Shown piece after piece: positions 41,080 through 50,654 of a stretch of 64,000 nt of DNA; position 1 is the stretch's first letter, and each line of letters opens with the position of its first letter. Both the position numbers and the translations under genes were made by a program. Below the pieces are notes generated by a model. It worked only from the letters and a program-made list of their open reading frames with translations, did no database searches and was not told the origin of the DNA. This stretch comes from an uncultured delta proteobacterium (GTDB taxonomy: Bacteria > Myxococcota_A > UBA9160 > SZUA-336), in contig CAVPHD010000007.1 in NCBI GenBank assembly GCA_963704165.1, positions 64,001-128,000 of the forward strand, given 5' to 3'.

Positions 41080-41944
41080 GTCGAGGCTGATCCGGACCTG
41101 CGCGGAGCTCCAGCTCTGGAGCGACGAGACGCGGGCGGCCGGGCGGCGCATCGCACTGGTCCCGACGATGGGTGCGCTTCACGAAGGGCATCTCTCGCTC
41201 GTGCAGACCGCCCATCGCCTCGCGGATCGCGTGGTGGTGTCGATCTTCGTCAACCCGACCCAGTTCGGTCCCACGGAGGACTTCGCGCGCTATCCGCGCG
41301 ACCTCGAGCGCGACCTCGAGAGCCTGCGCAAGGTCGGCACGGACGTCGTGTTCACGCCGTCGGTCGAGGAGATCTACCCGAACGGTGACGCGACCTGGGT
41401 GACCGTAGAGCGGCTCACGTCGGGATTGTGCGGGAGCAGCCGGCCCGGGCACTTCCGCGGCGTGACGACGGTCGTTGCGCGATTGCTCCACGCCGCGCGT
41501 CCACACGTCGCGATCTTCGGTGAGAAGGACTACCAACAGCTCGCCGTCATCCGGAGGATGGCGCGCGATCTGTGCTTCGGCGTCGAGATCGTCGGTGGCC
41601 CGATCGTGCGCGAGCCGGACGGACTGGCAATGAGCTCGCGCAACGCGTTCCTGTCACCGCGCGCACGTCAACAGGCCACGGCCTTGAACGCCTCGCTGCA
41701 CGAGGCGCGTGCGCTCGTTCGCGCGGGCGTGCGCGATGCGGCCAGTGTCTGTGCGACGGCACGCCAGCGAATCGAAAAGGAACCCCTCGCCGAGATCGAC
41801 TACGTGCAGCTCGTCGACGCGGAAAGCCTCGAGCCGGTGCGCGAGGTGAACGGGCGGACGCTCCTCGCGCTCGCGGTCCGCTTCGAAACCACCCGCCTGA
41901 TCGACAACGCGATCCTGGAGGTCCCCGGATGCTCCTCACGCTGA
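41063..41944 (+). CDS. panC: Pantoate-beta-alanine ligase
   Basis: [49 protein letters not shown]. Confidence 0.96.
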   Translation: MLNRTESRLIRTCAELQLWSDETRAAGRRIALVPTMGALHEGHLSLVQTAHRLADRVVVSIFVNPTQFGPTEDFARYPRDLERDLESLRKVGTDVVFTPSVEEIYPNGDATWVTVERLTSGLCGSSRPGHFRGVTTVVARLLHAARPHVAIFGEKDYQQLAVIRRMARDLCFGVEIVGGPIVREPDGLAMSSRNAFLSPRARQQATALNASLHEARALVRAGVRDAASVCATARQRIEKEPLAEIDYVQLVDAESLEPVREVNGRTLLALAVRFETTRLIDNAILEVPGCSSR

Positions 41945-42276
41945 TGAAGTCGAAGATCCATCGTGCGACCGTGACCGATGCGAACCTCGAGTACGAGGGA
42001 TCGATCACGATCGATGCAGAACTCGCCCGGGCCGCCGATCTCTTCCCCAACGAGCGCGTCGAGATCTACGACGTGACCAACGGCTCCCGGCTCGCGACCT
42101 ACGTGATTCACGGCGAGCCGGGCAGCGGCGTGATCGGCATCAACGGTGCGGCCGCACACCTGGTGAAGCCGGGGGATCTCGTGATCATCGCGAGCTACGC
42201 GCAGATGACGACGGACGAGGCGCGCGACCATCAGCCGCGAGTCTGCTTCGTCGACGGGCAGAACGCCCTCCGCTAG
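41929..42276 (+). CDS. panD: Aspartate 1-decarboxylase
   Basis: [18 protein letters not shown] autocleavage site, NGAAAH. Confidence 0.96.
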   Translation: MLLTLMKSKIHRATVTDANLEYEGSITIDAELARAADLFPNERVEIYDVTNGSRLATYVIHGEPGSGVIGINGAAAHLVKPGDLVIIASYAQMTTDEARDHQPRVCFVDGQNALR

Positions 42277-42287
42277 GCTGCCGGGGC

Positions 42288-42758
42288 TTGGCCGAGCCCG
42301 CCCGAAAATCGATCTGCAAGAACCGCAAAGCGCGCTTTCAGTACCAGATCGACGAGACCGTCGAAGCGGGTCTGGTGCTGACCGGTTCCGAGGTGAAGTC
42401 GCTCCGTGCGGGAGCCGCCAACCTCTCCGATGCCTACGCGCAGGTTCGAGGCAGCGAGGTGTACCTGATGAAGGCGCACATCGCGCCCTACACGAATGCG
42501 GGTCGCGAGAACCACCTGCCCGAGCGTCCGCGCAAGCTGCTCCTGCACCGGCGCGAGATCGATCGACTCGGCGGGCGCCTGCGCGAGAAGGGCCTCACGC
42601 TCGTTCCGATCGAGCTCTACTTCAAGGAGGGGCGGGCCAAGGTCGAGCTCGGGCTCGGGCGCGGAAAGAAGCTGCACGACAAGCGCGAGTCGATCGCCAC
42701 CCGCGAGTCGGAGCGGCGTGTCCGCCAGGCGGTTCGGCGCCGCGCCAAGCGAGGATGA
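42288..42758 (+). CDS. smpB: SsrA-binding protein
   Basis: NRKARFQY, EAGLVLTGSEVKSLR, RKLLLHRREI, GKKLHDKR. Confidence 0.96.
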   Translation: MAEPARKSICKNRKARFQYQIDETVEAGLVLTGSEVKSLRAGAANLSDAYAQVRGSEVYLMKAHIAPYTNAGRENHLPERPRKLLLHRREIDRLGGRLREKGLTLVPIELYFKEGRAKVELGLGRGKKLHDKRESIATRESERRVRQAVRRRAKRG

Positions 42759-44017
42759 GCCGGCTCCTGGCGGCTGCGGTCTCGGCCGGACTGCTCGTCG
42801 GGTGCGAAACCGCGGAGCCACGGTACGAGCCGAGTCGCTGGGACTACTGGAGCTTCCGCGCTCGGGTCGGGGAGCTCGCCGAGCCGAACTACCTTCCCTG
42901 GGTCATGCACCGCGAACCCCTGCCCGGCGGGGGAGTGGCGCTCGTCGCTTGCCGTTGGCCGGACGCGGCGTTCCCGCTGCGCTACTTCGTGGTTCCGCCG
43001 CGATTTCCCGAACCGAGTGAAGACGAGGATCGAAGGCGCGACCCGGCCGACTACGTGCGCGCCGTCGACGAGGCGTTCGCCTCCTGGCAGCGTGCGATCG
43101 GTCCGCCGGTGCATTTCGAGCGCGTCGATCGGCGGGAGGATGCCGCGATCGAGATCGCGCTCGAGGCTCGGGTCCAGGAGGTGGACGAGGGCGCGGTGCT
43201 CGGCGTCGTGCGTGGCGAGAGCTCGCGCTGCCACGTGGAGGCGTTGGGTCCGACACCGGATCGTGTCGAGATCCGCTTCGCCCCGAGCGAGGCGACGATC
43301 TTCATCGCCGACTCGATGGGATGGCTGACGCAGCGCCAGGTTCGCGCGGTCGCGTTGCACGAGATTGGCCACCTGCTCGGCGTCTCCGGTCAGCACAGTC
43401 CACTCGCGGGCGACGTGATGTACGCCGTCGCCGGAGATCGACGCATCGAGGCGCTCTCGGAGCACGATCGCGGCTCGCTTCGCGCTCTCTACGCGGTCCC
43501 GCCCGGCTCCGTCTTCGCGCGCGTGGGCGAGCCTCGTGAGGAGCCGCTCTCCGCGGTCAAGCGGGGACCCCCGAAGCTCGCGGGCGAAACGGTCGACGCT
43601 CGCAACGGTTTCCGAGTGCGCTTCCCGGTCGGCTGGCAGGTGATCCGCGCGCCGAACGGTTGGATCGCGGTCGATGGTGTGTCGTGGGACTACGACGCCT
43701 CGATTCAGGTCGTCGCGTCGCGCGGGACGCCGGGCGCGCACTTGTCCGTACTTGCCGGTCGTGGACTCGCGCACGGCGACGATCTGAGCTCGGAAGTCTT
43801 CGAGCTCGATGGCGAGTCGATCGCGCGGATCGTCACTCGCGGCAGCGAGCGCGCGGAGCAGACCGACGTGATCCGCTGGCGCGACGGCTGGGTCTTGATC
43901 GTGATCGCGGATTCCCGGTCGCGCGACTTCGCCCTGTATCAGCCCTGGTTCCAGCTCGTGCTGCTCTCGCTCGAGCCGCTCGACGGGACGGAGATCGGCT
44001 CAGGACGCCCGCAATAG
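42755..44017 (+). CDS. Matrixin/M10-like metzincin lipoprotein with a C-terminal PsbP-like domain
   Basis: Lipobox LVGC; HEIGHLLGVSGQHS plus Met-turn DVMY; C-terminal GFRVRFPVGW. Confidence 0.72.
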   Translation: MSRLLAAAVSAGLLVGCETAEPRYEPSRWDYWSFRARVGELAEPNYLPWVMHREPLPGGGVALVACRWPDAAFPLRYFVVPPRFPEPSEDEDRRRDPADYVRAVDEAFASWQRAIGPPVHFERVDRREDAAIEIALEARVQEVDEGAVLGVVRGESSRCHVEALGPTPDRVEIRFAPSEATIFIADSMGWLTQRQVRAVALHEIGHLLGVSGQHSPLAGDVMYAVAGDRRIEALSEHDRGSLRALYAVPPGSVFARVGEPREEPLSAVKRGPPKLAGETVDARNGFRVRFPVGWQVIRAPNGWIAVDGVSWDYDASIQVVASRGTPGAHLSVLAGRGLAHGDDLSSEVFELDGESIARIVTRGSERAEQTDVIRWRDGWVLIVIADSRSRDFALYQPWFQLVLLSLEPLDGTEIGSGRPQ

Positions 44018-44647
44018 ACCGCGGAAGCTCCAGGTGATGCCGATGGCGACCGCGACAATCGCCCCGGCGACGATCAGATTGGCGATCGATGGCTCCGCCG
44101 CGGCTCGTCCCAAGAAGGTGAAGACACCGGAGCGCGGGAGAAAGCCGACCCCGATCGCGGCGCAGAAGGGCGCGAGGCGCATGCGCGAGACGCCGGCGCT
44201 CGCGTAGATCGGCGTCAGCGGCGAGATCGGAACCGCGGTGTAGAGCGCGAGCCAGGGCATGCCGCGATTCGCGAGCAGATCGTCGAAGATCCGCAGGACG
44301 CTGCCGAGCCGCGACTGCACGGCGTCGCGGCCGAAGGCGCGTGCGATGCCGAAGATCAGGGCGCCGCCGACCAGTCCCCCGATCGCGCCGTAGATCGCGC
44401 CGAGCCAGGGTCCGAAGAGCATTCCGCACGCGAAGAGCACCAGCCACGAGGGAAGCCAGAGAAAGGGTCGGAACGCCATGATCGCGACGAAGGCGAGCGG
44501 TCCGAAGACGCCGAGCGCGGCGATGTGATCGCGAAGCGCTTCTGCCTTCCACTCGAGCCCGGAGTGGACGTGAAGCCAGTAGAAGCCGCCCGCGCCGATC
44601 GCGACGACGACGGCGGAGAGCAGTTGTTCGATTCGATGTCGCGTCAA
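44000..44647 (-). CDS. TVP38/DedA (VTT domain) membrane protein
   Basis: GMLFGPWLG, IARAFGR, hydrophobic profile. Confidence 0.82.
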   Translation of the reverse strand: MTRHRIEQLLSAVVVAIGAGGFYWLHVHSGLEWKAEALRDHIAALGVFGPLAFVAIMAFRPFLWLPSWLVLFACGMLFGPWLGAIYGAIGGLVGGALIFGIARAFGRDAVQSRLGSVLRIFDDLLANRGMPWLALYTAVPISPLTPIYASAGVSRMRLAPFCAAIGVGFLPRSGVFTFLGRAAAEPSIANLIVAGAIVAVAIGITWSFRGLLRAS

Positions 44648-45792
44648 CGAGGACTCCCCGATACTCGGAGCAGCAGACCCTTCAGGTACTCGCCCTGCGG
44701 ATGGCGCAGCGACACGGGGTGATCGGGGGGCGCGCCGAGAATCGAGAGGACCTGCACCTCGCGCCCGGCGTCGTGCGCGGCCGAGAACACGACCTTGCGG
44801 AACAACTCGGGCTCCACGTGATGCGAGCAGCTGAAGGTGAGCACGTGCGCACCGTCGGAAACGCGGCGAAGCGCGCGCAGATTCAGGTCCTTGTACGCGC
44901 GACAGGCGGCGTTGACGTCGCGCTTGCGCTTTGCGAACGGCGGTGGGTCGACCGAGACGAGATCGAACGCGCGCGTGTCCTTGCGCAGGAACTCGTTGAC
45001 GTCGCCCGAGACGATCTCGCAGCCCGGCGCGTTGCGCTCGAGCAACTTCACGGCCTGCTCCGAGGATTCCACCGCCACGACTTCAACCGCGCCCCCGGTC
45101 TGTGCCGCGCGCGCGAAGCCACCGGTGTGCGCGAAGAGATCGAGCGCGCGAGCTCCGGTGGCGAGTCGCGCGAAGAGATCACGTGCATCGCGCTGGTCGA
45201 GGTAGAAGCCGGTCTTCTGGCCGTGCCGCAGATCGACCTGATAGCGACGCCCCCGCTCCTCGATCTCCAAGGGCTCGGTCGGAACATCGCCGCAGAGCAC
45301 GGCGCCGGGAATGCCCTCTGCACGCAGCCAGGCGCCGCGCGAGCCCGTCTTCGCGGTCAGGATCTCCCCGATCTGCGCCGCGCGACGCAGCATCGCGGGC
45401 GTGCCGACGCGAACGCTGAGCCAGTCGCCGTAGCGATCGACGGTGAGCCCCGGCAGCCCGTCGGCCTCCGAGTGCATGAGCCGAAGCGCGTCGGTCCCTT
45501 GCAGCAACGGATGCGCAACTCGCCAGGCGAGCGCGTGCTCGAGCGAGTCCGCGAGCCAGGCCCGCTCGTCGATCTCGTCCTTGCCGAACGAGAGCAGTCG
45601 CACCCGGATCTGCGCATCCGGGTCCCAATCGCCGATCCCGAGCCGCGTGCCTGCCGGATCGCAGACCTGCACCAATTCACCCGGAGCGGGCTCTCCATCG
45701 ACGCGTCCGACGCTGCCCGAGAGCAGCCAGGGGTGACCGAGAGCGACGGATCGCTCGCGTCCCGGCCGCAATACGACGCTCGCGAGCTTCAC
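44644..45792 (-). CDS. rlmI: RlmI-family SAM-dependent rRNA methyltransferase
   Basis: GHPW PUA domain, SEADGLPGLTVDRY, GQKTGFYLDQR, DPPPF, FSCS, YLKG. Confidence 0.88.
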   Translation of the reverse strand: MKLASVVLRPGRERSVALGHPWLLSGSVGRVDGEPAPGELVQVCDPAGTRLGIGDWDPDAQIRVRLLSFGKDEIDERAWLADSLEHALAWRVAHPLLQGTDALRLMHSEADGLPGLTVDRYGDWLSVRVGTPAMLRRAAQIGEILTAKTGSRGAWLRAEGIPGAVLCGDVPTEPLEIEERGRRYQVDLRHGQKTGFYLDQRDARDLFARLATGARALDLFAHTGGFARAAQTGGAVEVVAVESSEQAVKLLERNAPGCEIVSGDVNEFLRKDTRAFDLVSVDPPPFAKRKRDVNAACRAYKDLNLRALRRVSDGAHVLTFSCSHHVEPELFRKVVFSAAHDAGREVQVLSILGAPPDHPVSLRHPQGEYLKGLLLRVSGSPR

Positions 45793-45816
45793 TTCGATCT
45801 CCTCGGGGACGTCGTC

Positions 45817-45844
45817 TTGACGCGCATGGGGGGCCGCTTAGTAT
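45817..45844 (+). promoter_or_regulatory. Putative ssrA promoter TTGACG-N16-TAGTAT
   Basis: The -10 hexamer ends 14 nt upstream of the mature tmRNA 5' end. Confidence 0.55.
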
Positions 45845-45858
45845 GCCAAACGTTCCTT

Positions 45859-46219
45859 GGGGGCGATCGGTTTCGACGGATGGTCGAGGTCGTCCGCTGC
45901 GTGCCGAGGTGCCGAATCCTCGAAAAACTTGCGGCAAAGCCAATCTAATTGGCGACAACACTCTCGCTCTCGCTGCCTAGCTAATACCTAGAGCAACGAG
46001 CACGCCCGCGCCCGATGTCTGCTGAGGCGCGGGGGTGTCATACCAGCAGGCTGGTCCAAGTCCTCGTCGGGGGGAGGCGGACGAGAAAACACCCGACTCG
46101 CGACCGGCTCGGCGCGTGCCGAAGCCAGGCCGGCCGCTAAAACAAACACGGCGCTACGCACGTAGACGCGGGCGGAAGACGCCATTCGGACCCGGGTTCA
46201 ATTCCCGGCGCCTCCACCA
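45859..46219 (+). ncRNA. ssrA: tmRNA (361 nt); tag reading frame 45951-45980 encodes (A)GDNTLALAA
   Basis: 5' GGGGGCG pairs with 3' CGCCTCC-ACCA including G3:U; 5' GGTTTCGAC; T-arm CCGGGTTCAATTCCCGG; LAA-ending tag; smpB nearby. Confidence 0.95.
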
Positions 46220-46334
46220 CCCGAACCACGCGATCCCGTCACCGCGAACGGACGGAGCGGTCGCGCGCGCGGGCCAATCCCAAATTCTCGCGGATGGCTT
46301 GTATCTTTCCGCTTCCACCGACGAGGAGAGTGAG

Positions 46335-47661
46335 ATGGCCGGTCTCGAGACCACCCCCGAGATGTTCGACCTGCGGATGTCCGAGCGCGCGAAGCCGCTG
46401 CTCGAGCGCGTGAAGGAATTCGTCGCGAAAGAGGTCGACCCGATCACGCACGAGTTCTACCGGCTCGGCGAGAACCGCGCGGAGCGCTGGTCGTGGGCGC
46501 CGGGGCAGCTCGAGCTGCTCGACGGCGTGAAGGCGAAGGCCAAGGCGAACGGGCTCTGGAACTTCTTCCTGCCCGACGCGGAAACGGGGCAGGGCCTCGC
46601 GAACCTCGACTACGCGTACATCGCGGCGGAGCTGGGCAAGAACCCGCTCGCGTCGGAGTGCCTGAACTGCTCCGCGCCCGACACCGGCAACATGGAGGTG
46701 CTCGAGCGCGTCGGCACGCCCGAGCAGAAGAAGCGCTGGCTCGAGCCGCTCCTGAACGGCGAGATCCGGTCCGCGTACGCGATGACCGAGCCCGACCTCG
46801 CGTCGTCGGACGCGAAGAACATCTCGTGCCGAGCCGTGCTCGACGGCGACGAGTGGGTGATCAACGGCGAGAAGTACTACATCTCGGGCGTCGGCGACCC
46901 GCGCTGCAAGATCATGATCGTGATGGTGCAGACGAATCCCGACGCGCCACCGCACCTGCGGCAGTCGCAGATCCTCGTGCCGACCGACGCGCCGCGGCTT
47001 CGAGATCCTCGGACCGATGCACGTCTTCGGGAAGGACGACGCGCCGCACGGCCACATGCACATCCGCTTCGACGACTGCCGCGTTCCGAAGGAGAACATC
47101 CTGCTCGGCGAGGGCCGCGGCTTCGAGATCTCGCAGGTGCGTCTCGGTCCAGGCCGCATCCACCACTGCATGCGCTCGATCGGCGCCGCGGAGCGCGCGA
47201 TCGAATTGATGGTCAAGCGCGGCCTGACGCGCGAGGCGTTCGGCAGGCGGCTCGCGAATCTCGGCAAGAACACGGAGCTGATCGCAAAGGCGCGGATCGA
47301 GATCGAGGCGATGCGCATGATGGTGCTCAAGGCCGCCAAGGCCATGGACGTGCTCGGGAACGCCCCGGCGCGCATCTGGGTGAGCGCGATCAAGGCGATG
47401 GTGCCCGAGCGCGTCTGCAAGATCATCGACGACGCGATCCAGATCCACGGCGCGACGGGGGTCTCGCAGTGGACGCCGCTCGCCGACATGTATGCGAGCC
47501 AGCGCACGCTTCGGCTCGCGGACGGTCCCGACGAGGTGCACTGGTACGTCGTCGGCCGTGCGGAGATCGCGCGCTGGGTCGAGGCGGGCGGGGGCCAGTA
47601 CGATCCGAAGTCGAGCTACGGCACGCGGGCCCACGAGGGCAAGGTCTTCACCGGCCCCTGA
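46335..47661 (+). CDS. Acyl-CoA dehydrogenase (ACAD10/11-like); frameshift near 46995
   Basis: GLWNFFLP, NCSAPDTGNMEVL, MTEPDLASSDA, then GRGFEISQVRLGPGRIHHCMR and LRLADGPDEVH. Confidence 0.92.
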
Positions 47662-47685
47662 GAGAACCTGGATCCGCGCTTCGAG

Positions 47686-48108
47686 CTAGGCTGCCTTTCC
47701 GGCCGCGATCTGCGCCGCCAGGGAGAGCGCGTCCGCCAGCCGGGTGCAGTTGTAGGTCGAAAGCCCGTTTGCGCTCGCGGTCTTCGACCAGCGCTTCGCG
47801 CCCATCGCCGCCACCGCACTCGTGCCGAGGATGTTGATCACCGCGCGAATCCGGTTTCGAAGTCCGATCTCGACGCAGGCCGTCTCGATCCAGTTCAGGT
47901 CGGCTTGCGAGGGGACGCCGGGGTTCTTCGTCAGATCGACGACCCAGGTCAGTGAACCCGTCCGGCCGCATTCGTCGAGGCCCCGCTCCAGCGCTTCTCG
48001 CAGATGTGGCGTCGTCATGGAGATCCACGTTGCGACGAGCGCCTTCGCGTCGGGGTGATGCACGACGTCGACGGTTCCGGCGACCGAGAAGAGCGGTTGT
48101 CCCGCCAT
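47686..48108 (-). CDS. Hypothetical protein, possibly STAS/SEC14-like alpha/beta fold
   Basis: SD GGAGG; patterns WVVDL, DLNWI and terminal LADALSL resemble SpoIIAA-like proteins (weak). Confidence 0.6.
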   Translation of the reverse strand: MAGQPLFSVAGTVDVVHHPDAKALVATWISMTTPHLREALERGLDECGRTGSLTWVVDLTKNPGVPSQADLNWIETACVEIGLRNRIRAVINILGTSAVAAMGAKRWSKTASANGLSTYNCTRLADALSLAAQIAAGKAA

Positions 48109-48251
48109 GGTCGAGGCCTCCCGATGAGATCCGTCGATGAAATCGGTCGGAGCATCGATCGCCTTGATGGCGATGTCCGGGCGCAGGTCGTTGTCGTCGC
48201 TGTCCGGTGTAGGTGCCTCCTGTCTCCGGTACGCGCTAAGCTAGCTCGTCC

Positions 48252-50654
48252 ATGCCGGTCTCTGTCGCTGACGGCCCGCACAGGCCGACGCCGCTCGCAC
48301 CGGGAGAGTTGCGCAGCATCGATGCGTGGTGGCGAGCGGCGAACTACCTGTCGGTCGGGCAGATCTATCTGCTCGACAATCCACTCCTGCGCGAGCCGCT
48401 GACTCTTTCGCACATCAAGCCGCGCCTGCTCGGGCACTGGGGGACGGCGCCGGGGCTGAATCTCGTCTACGCCCATCTGAACCGCGTCATCCGGAATCGC
48501 GATCTCGACGTCTTGTACGTGGCGGGGCCGGGGCACGGCGGTCCCGCGCTCGTGGCGAACACCTGGCTCGAAGGCAGCTACACCGACGTGTACCCGAACG
48601 TGCCGCAGGACGCGGGCGGCCTGCGCCTCTTGTTTCGGCAGTTCTCGTTTCCCGGTGGCGTGGGCAGCCACGTCACGCCCGAGACTCCCGGTTCGCTGCA
48701 CGAGGGTGGCGAGCTCGGCTACGCGCTCTCGCACGCGTACGGGGCGGCCTTCGACAACCCCGATCTGATCGTCGCGTGCGTGATCGGCGATGGCGAGGCG
48801 GAGACCGGCCCGCTGGCCGCGTCGTGGCACTCGAACAAGTTCCTGAATCCCGTCACCGACGGGGCGGTGCTGCCGATTCTGCACCTCAACGGCTATAAGA
48901 TCGCGAACCCCACCGTGCTCGCTCGCATTCCGACCGACGAGCTGCGCAGCCTGCTCGTCGGCTACGGATACGCGCCGCACTTCGTCTCCGGCGACGAGCC
49001 CGAATCGGTGCACCGGCAATTGGCCTCGACGCTCGACGCGGTGGTGGACGAGATCGCCGCGATCCAGCGAGCCGCGCGTGTCGACGGCGAGACCCGCCGG
49101 CCGGCGTGGCCGATGATCGTGCTCGAGACGCCGAAGGGATGGACCGGACCGAAGCAGGTCGACGGCAAGAAGACCGAGGGCTCGTGGCGTTCGCATCAAG
49201 TGCCGCTGGCCGACCTGGCCACGCGCCCCGATCACATCGAGCTCCTGCAGAAGTGGCTGCGCAGCTACCGGCCGGAGGAGCTCTTCGACGCCAGCGGTCG
49301 GCCCTGCGCCGAGATCCTCTCGCTGGCGCCGGCGGGCGCGCGCCGGATGGGCTCGAGCCCGCACGCCAACGGCGGCATGCTATTGCGCGATCTGCGTCTG
49401 CCCGGATTCGCGGACTACGCCGTCGAAGTCGAGCACGCGGGACAGGTCAAGGCCGAAGCGACGCGCGTGCTCGGTCACTACCTCCGCGACGTGATGCGCG
49501 CGAACGCGTCGCAGCGGAACTTCCGCGTCGTCGGCCCCGACGAGACCGCTTCCAATCGCCTGACGTCGCTTTTCGAGGCGACCTCGCGGGCCTGGAATGC
49601 GGAACGCATGCCCGACGACGAGCATCTGGCGCGCGATGGTCGCGTCCTGGAGATCCTCTCCGAGCACACCTGTCAGGGCTGGCTCGAGGGCTACCTGCTC
49701 TCGGGTCGCCACGGGTTGTTCTCCTGCTACGAGGCGTTCATCCACATCGTCGATTCGATGTTCAATCAACACGCCAAGTGGCTGAAGATGGCGGCGACGA
49801 TCCCGTGGCGGCGCCCGATCGCGTCGCTCAACATCCTGCTCACGTCACACGTCTGGCACCAGGACCACAACGGCTTCTCGCACCAGGACCCGGGCTTCAT
49901 CGATCTCGTGGTGAACAAGAAGGCCGACACGATTCGCGTCTACCTGCCGCCGGACGCCAATACGCTGCTCTGCGTGGCCGACACCTGTCTGCGATCGCGC
50001 GACCTGGTGAACGTGATCGTCGCGGGCAAGCAGCCACAGCTTCAGTGGCTCGGAATGGACGCGGCCTTGAAGCACTGCAGCGCGGGAATCGGCGTCTGGG
50101 AATGGGCGAGCAACGACCTGCGCGGCGAACCCGACGTCGTGATGGCCTGCGCCGGCGACGTGCCGACGCTGGAGACACTGGCGGCGGTGCAGATGCTGCG
50201 CGAACACGTGCCCGAGCTGCGCGTGCGCGTGATCAACGTCGTCGATCTGATGACGCTCCAACCGCGTGAAGAGCACCCGCACGGCCTGTCGAACTCCGAT
50301 TTCGACGCGCTCTTCACCCGGGACAAGCCGATCCTCTTCGCGTACCACGGCTACCCGTGGCTGATCCATCGCCTGACCTATCGGCGCACGAACCACGAGA
50401 ACCTGCACGTGCGCGGTTACAAGGAGGAAGGCACGACCACGACGCCGTTCGACATGACGGTTCTCAACGACCTCGATCGCTTTCATCTCTTCGGCGACGT
50501 CGCGGATCGCGTCTCCAAGCTGCAGTATCGCGCCGGTCACATGAAGCAATGGGTGCGCGACAAGCACATCGAGCACCGCCAGTACATCCTGGAGCACGGC
50601 GAGGACATGCCCGAAGTCCGCGACTGGACGTGGACCGGATCAGTCGGTCGCTGA
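48252..50654 (+). CDS. xfp: Xylulose-5-P/fructose-6-P phosphoketolase
   Basis: [71 protein letters not shown]. Confidence 0.96.
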   Translation: MPVSVADGPHRPTPLAPGELRSIDAWWRAANYLSVGQIYLLDNPLLREPLTLSHIKPRLLGHWGTAPGLNLVYAHLNRVIRNRDLDVLYVAGPGHGGPALVANTWLEGSYTDVYPNVPQDAGGLRLLFRQFSFPGGVGSHVTPETPGSLHEGGELGYALSHAYGAAFDNPDLIVACVIGDGEAETGPLAASWHSNKFLNPVTDGAVLPILHLNGYKIANPTVLARIPTDELRSLLVGYGYAPHFVSGDEPESVHRQLASTLDAVVDEIAAIQRAARVDGETRRPAWPMIVLETPKGWTGPKQVDGKKTEGSWRSHQVPLADLATRPDHIELLQKWLRSYRPEELFDASGRPCAEILSLAPAGARRMGSSPHANGGMLLRDLRLPGFADYAVEVEHAGQVKAEATRVLGHYLRDVMRANASQRNFRVVGPDETASNRLTSLFEATSRAWNAERMPDDEHLARDGRVLEILSEHTCQGWLEGYLLSGRHGLFSCYEAFIHIVDSMFNQHAKWLKMAATIPWRRPIASLNILLTSHVWHQDHNGFSHQDPGFIDLVVNKKADTIRVYLPPDANTLLCVADTCLRSRDLVNVIVAGKQPQLQWLGMDAALKHCSAGIGVWEWASNDLRGEPDVVMACAGDVPTLETLAAVQMLREHVPELRVRVINVVDLMTLQPREEHPHGLSNSDFDALFTRDKPILFAYHGYPWLIHRLTYRRTNHENLHVRGYKEEGTTTTPFDMTVLNDLDRFHLFGDVADRVSKLQYRAGHMKQWVRDKHIEHRQYILEHGEDMPEVRDWTWTGSVGR

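Noticed and set aside
46165..46219. tRNA-like T-arm and CCA end
   Set aside because: It is the 3' tRNA-like domain of the tmRNA, not a separate tRNA.
46229..46265. Hairpin after the tmRNA as an intrinsic terminator
   Set aside because: GC stem present but no U-tract; not supported well enough to call.
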